From Candidatus Omnitrophota bacterium (GTDB lineage Bacteria > Omnitrophota > Omnitrophia > Omnitrophales > JACROU01): DNA of 64,000 nt. The stretch spans positions 158,776-222,775 of the forward strand of contig JAJDCD010000012.1 of the NCBI GenBank assembly GCA_029261035.1. The letters run 5' to 3'. Positions 30,001 through 36,000 of the stretch are shown piece by piece (position 1 is the first letter of the stretch; each line of letters begins with the position of its first letter). The notes under the pieces were generated by a model. The model did no database searches and was not told the origin of the DNA. It saw nothing but the letters and a program-made list of their open reading frames with translations. Position numbers and translations under genes: made by a program.

Positions 30001-33000
30001 GTGTATTCTTGACGACTACCATCCGGATTGACTACTTTGCTAATATTTCCATCCGTATTAAAATGCTGTTCTGTTCCATCTGGAAGTTCCACTAAAGAAA
30101 CATTTCCATTTTCATCAAATACTTGTATCGTTCCATCCGGCAACTCTATAATTTGAACCTGCCCTGTTCCTGACATACTTTGAACCGTCTCATTCCCATC
30201 CGCATCCACTGTCGTTATCTCTGTTAAAACACCTTGATCACTATAGGCATAACTTTGCGTTGCACCATCCGCTGCTACTACTTGAGATAAAGTGCCGTCC
30301 TTATTCATATATTGCGAGCTTCCATCAGGCAATTCTATATGGGTAAGATCACCATCACTATCAAGGTGCTGAGTGGTAACTAAACCATCCACATCGGTAA
30401 TAGCAACCGAACTCAATGATCCCCCCGGAGCATATTGAAAACTCTGTTCACTTCCATCCGCATTCACAACTCGACTCACATCCCCAAGCGCATTAAAAAA
30501 TTGTTGAGTTCCATCCGGCAAAGCAACAGAAGTTACCCCACCTGTCACATTTAAGTTCTGAGTTGTTACAGCATTATTCGGATCTGTAATTTTAATTTGA
30601 GTTAAGTTCTTGGCGTTATCATAAAAGTATTCTTGCTCACTTCCATCTGGAAGCTCTACTCGAGTAACATCCCCATCCGCATTAAAAAATTGTTGGGTTC
30701 CATCAGAAGTGACAACAGAGGTCACATTACCATCCACATCCAAATTCTGTTCTGTTATATCCCCATTGGCATCTGTGATTCTTATTTGAGCTAGATTTGA
30801 ATTAGAATCATACAAATAGGCTTGATCTGTTCCATCCGGAAGCTCCACTAAAGTTACATTTCCAGATCCATCAAAGGTCTGTCTCGTTCCATCCGGCAAT
30901 GTAATTGTCTGAACCTCTCCTGTCGCAGATACATTCTGTATCGTTTCATTGCCATCCACATCAACAATTGAGATAGAAGAAAGAACCCCATTGTCATCAT
31001 AACTATACCGTTGTTCACCACCATCAGCTCCCACCACCCGAGATATATTTCCATCTTTATTAAAATGCTGCGTGCTTCCATCACCCAACTCTATCCGAGT
31101 TACATCTCCATCTATATCTAAATACTGTGTAACCACACCTCCATCCACATCCGTTATAGCAACAGAATTAAGAATCCCATCAGAAGAATATTGATAATTC
31201 TGCTCACTTCCATCTGAGTTTAAAACACGCTTCACATTCCCATTCACATCAAAAAACTGCCCACTCCCATCAGGAAGAATGACAGATGTCACATCTCCCG
31301 ATAAGTTTAAATTTTGAAGTGTTATATCATTGTTAGCAGCAGTGATTTTGATTTGACTTAGGTTTCCTGAAGCATCATATAAATACTCTTGCTTACTTCC
31401 ATCTAGAAGCTCAACACGACTCACATCTCCATTGTCATTAAAAAATTGTTGGGTACCCTCTGGCGTTTTAACAGATGTGACATTGCCATCTAAGTCTAAG
31501 TTTTGTTCTGTAACCCCTCCATCAACATCTGTAATTTTAATCTGAGTTAAATTGGAGTTCGCATCATAAAGATAAGCTTGACTACTTCCATCTAGAAGCT
31601 CAACCAAGGAAACATTTCCGTTAGCATCAAATGTTTGTTTTGTACCATCAGGCAGTTCAATTGTTTGAACTTCTCCGCTTGCAGATATGTTCTGAATTGT
31701 TTCACTTCCATCTATATCAATGATTGTGATAGAGGTAAGAACTCCACTATCATCATAATTGTATCTTTGTTCACTTCCATCACTAGCAGTAACCTTTGTT
31801 ACATTTCCTTCTAAATCAAAAAACTGAGCTCCTCCATCTGGAAGCTCAACACGAGATATATCTCCAAGTGCATTAAAATTTTGTGTCGTTACGTCTCCAT
31901 CAATATCTGTAATTGAGATAGAAGAAACATTTCCGCCAGCACCATAAACATAGTTTTGCTCACTTCCATCAGCGGCAATAACGCGACTTACATTTCCGAG
32001 AGCATTAAAAAATTGAGAACTTCCGTCTGGAAGAACAACTGAAGAGACATTACCTGCTGCATCTAAGTTTTGAACTGTCGATTGATTGTAAATATCGGTA
32101 ATTGTAATACGAGTTAAAGCTCCTCCTACGTCATAAGTGAATTCCTGAACACTCCCATCAGGCTGCTCAACTCTAGAAACATCTCCATTTTCATTTAAAA
32201 ATTGTTTTGTTCCATCAGGAGTCATAATTGAAAGAACATCTCCCTCTGGACTCAAATTCTGAATTGTTACTCCACCCTCTAACCCAGTAAGCAAAATTTG
32301 CTTTAATTGAGAATTATCATCATATATATATTGTTGACGAGTTCCGTCGGGTAATTCGACCAGAAGAACATTTCCCTGTTCATCAAATGTCTGACGAGTT
32401 CCATCCGCGAGTGTAATTGCTTGAACATCCCCGGTAGCCGATACGTTTTGAACTGTCTCATTCCCATCAACATCTATTGATGTAATGGAGCTCAAAACAC
32501 CCTGTTCGTCATAGCTATATCTCTGCTCTGTATTATCTGCTCCAAAAACCGTATCAACAGATCCGTCTTTATTAAAAAATTGAGTACTTCCATCAGGAAG
32601 AAAAATCTGACTTAAATCCCCATCTCCATCAAAAAGCTGAGTTGTTGTCGATCCATCCGAATCCGTAATTGCCAGGGTTCGCAAACTACCATCAGCAAGA
32701 TACGAATAGCTTTGAACGCTTCCGTCAGGACTAACAACTCGGCTAACGCTCCCATCAAAATTAAAAAACTGTTCTATACCATCCGACAATACAATCGAGG
32801 TCACATTGCCATCTGCATCTAAATTTTGGGTAGTCACAGAATCAAAAGAATCTGTTATTTTAATTTGATTTAAGTTACTATCCGCATCATAGAAATACTC
32901 TTGCTTACTCCCGTCTACAGACTCAACACGAGTAATATTTCCATCTTCGTCAAAAATTTGTTGAGTTCCATCAGGTGTCGTTATTGAAACAACATTTCCA

Positions 33001-36000
33001 GCACTATTCAAATTTTGCTGAGTAACATCTCCACTTTCATCTGTAATATTAATTTGAGTTAAATTAGAAGTATTATCATAGATATAAGATTGACTCGATC
33101 CATCTGGAAGCTCTACCAAAGTCACGTTACCAGCAGCATCAAATGTCTGTTTGGTTCCATCAGGCAATTCTATGTTTTGAACATCTCCAGTAGCAGATAC
33201 GTTTTGTATCGTCTCATTCCCATCGACATCGACAGATGTAATAGAGAGCAGACCCCCATTCCCATCATAGCTGTATCTTTGCTCCGTCCCGTCTACATTA
33301 ACAACTCTTGAAACATCTCCACTTTCATTAAAATGTTGCTCAGAACCATCAGGCAGTTCAACGCGCTTTATACTCCCATTAACATTTAAAAATTGTTTGG
33401 TTATCTCTTGATTCACGTCTCTAATTTCTACTTGATTTAAAGTTCCTGTAATAGCGTCATAAGAATAAATAGATTCACTTCCGTCTGGGTTTACAATGCG
33501 ACTCAGATTTCCATCCCCATTAAAAAACTGCTCTGTTCCATCAAAGGAAACCATTGAACCAATACTTCCGTCTGAATTTAAATTTTGTATCGTTACATCA
33601 TTATTTATATCCGTTATTGTGATTGAGCTTAAATCGCCATTAGCATCATAAGTGTAATCTTGGGAACTCCCATCTACAGATTCAACCCTAGAAACATTAC
33701 CTTCTGAATTTAAAAATTGTTTGGTTCCATCAGAAAGAAATATAGATGTAATATTTCCAGCAGCATCCAAATTTTGGATTGTTATTTGATTAAAGATATC
33801 GGTGTTTCTAATTTGACTCACATTATTATTCGTATCATAAAAATACTCTTGTTTCGTCCCATCTACATTTTCAATGAGGGCGATATTTCCTGAAGCGTCA
33901 AAGGTTTGTTTAGTTCCATCCCCAAGAACAATACTCTGAACTTGGCCTGTTGAAGAAATATTTTGAACTGTTTCACTTCCAGCCACATCCACAGAAGTAA
34001 TAGAAGTTAAAACACCTGTATCATTGTAATCATATCTTTGCTCGGAACCATCCTCATTAACTACCTTTGTAACATCCCCTTCTTTATTGAAGTGTTGGAC
34101 AACCCCATCTGGAAGATCTATATGTGTAAGATCACCATCCGTATCAAAATGTTGAGTTGTCTTCAGCCCTACAGCATCCGTAAACTCAACAGAGGTTAAT
34201 TCGCCTGAAACATCATAATTATTGACCTGAACACTAAAATCTGGGTTAACCTGATTTAATAAATATCCATCAGGATGAAATTGCTGAGTCGTTCCATCGG
34301 GTAACTCCAAAGCAGATAGAACCCCGTTATCATCAAAATTCTGCACCGTAACCAAACCATCTATATCTGTGACAGTAATATCTGTCAACAAACCTGTAGC
34401 GTTATAGCTATAATCTTGAACTGTTCCATCAACCAAAGTTCTCTTCTCAATTAAATTAGTAATAGAGTCCACTATATCCACTTGTCCATCAGGGTATGTG
34501 GTCGTTATAAGACCTGTATTTTCATCCAACACAGAAACCGGGGCTGGAAAATAGGTATCTCTTAATAAAGTGATACTACCCGTCAACTGATCAAATTCCG
34601 TTTGAGTTAGCGTTTGATTCGTAAGAGCATCGTTGACTGAAACTTCAAGAGCATCAATCAGATCTTCATTTTCCAAAGCATCCGCAACAGCTAATTGAGT
34701 CAAATTTTGTAATGTTTGATCATGGGTAACAAATGCTGGGCTTGCTTGTCCAGCATAAATCTGCTCTCTTTTTCTTTCTAACTCATTTTCCAGATCAACT
34801 TCTTTTAAAAAGTTAGACAAAGCTCGTCTTGAATTAATAGGATTGTAATCCTCAGAACCTCTTTCTAGCTTTACCGCTGCTTGTAGTCCTTGAATAAAAG
34901 CCCTTAAATCATCTGTCTCAGAAATAATTCCATCCTGATTAAATTCAAAAAGCTTAGGTCCTTCATTTGTATAAGCAATTACAAATTGACTCTCTTCACC
35001 TGCTACCTCAAAATCTCGAAGACTGGGTTCAACACTAGAAACACCACTAGGATGCGTGTGTGATTTAAAAGATGACTTTTGAATAAGTGAAGCTACGGAT
35101 TGAGAAGCGGTAATTTCATCATCTTGCCCACTAGAAAATAATACTATTTCTCCCTCAACAACAGTAATAGCAACTTCCATAGGCCAGTCAAGTAGACTTT
35201 GAAGACTATCAGCAGTAATTGCTCCAGGATCCAAAATAACAGCAGCGGCTACATCTTTATCAAAACCACCCATTTCCAAAGCGTCTTCAATACTGTAACG
35301 TTCTATTTCTCGAACATCTGCCCATAAATCTCGTTCAATACGATCTCTTTTTAGAAGCTCAGCTTCTCTTTCATATTCTTCAATAGTAACAACGTCCCCT
35401 TCGGGTTTTTCGATTAATAAATTCCCATCTTTGTCTTGAACCAACTTTGGAAGCGCTTGATCAGGATAACGGTAAGAATTCCTAAAATGCTGACGATAGA
35501 TATTCCAAACTTGAGCATGAGCTTCTGCTTTAATAGGATCGATTTTAGAACTTGGATTAACAGACCTGTCTTTGATTGATTTTAAATCCCCCAACAAATC
35601 CATCATTGAAATGGAAATACCAGCCTTCCCCTCTTCCCTCTGAACCTGAACCGTTCTACGTGCATTAGATTCAAGAAATTCCATATAGTAATTAAATTCC
35701 AAAGGCTTTTCTTCGCTAAAATTTTCCAAAGATTGATTAGAAACATCTTCACTTTTAACAGCTTCTTTTTCAATGAAATCTACAGCAGCTTTTGGAGCTT
35801 CTTTCTTTTCAACTTTGACGTAAGAAAAATAATCCTCTTCCACTTCTTTTCCTGTAAATGATTTTAGGGTTTCTTCTTTTGTTAAGAACTCCCCTAATTC
35901 TTTTTCTTTATCCTCTTCTTCTTTTGCAATTCTTGTTTCTTCATAAGCTTTTTCATCTTCAGCTTTTTTAGCAGCATCTTCGGCTGCAATTGTTTGAATT

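Noticed and set aside
7-33311. The many short ORFs (60-120 aa) listed on both strands in the first 33 kb
   Set aside because: They are antisense or off-frame shadows of the giant minus-strand gene, with no recognisable motifs.
18250-34500. Calling the giant protein a canonical Rhs toxin
   Set aside because: The hairpins are YD-like, but I saw no Rhs core end motif (PxxxxDPxG) and no PAAR/VgrG context in the window. The C-terminus is not visible, so this is unsupported rather than excluded.
22300-34500. CRISPR array, or a DGR-type template/variable repeat pair
   Set aside because: The repeats are in-frame and diverge at synonymous sites, with no identical direct repeats separated by spacers. 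No cas or reverse transcriptase gene is in the window.
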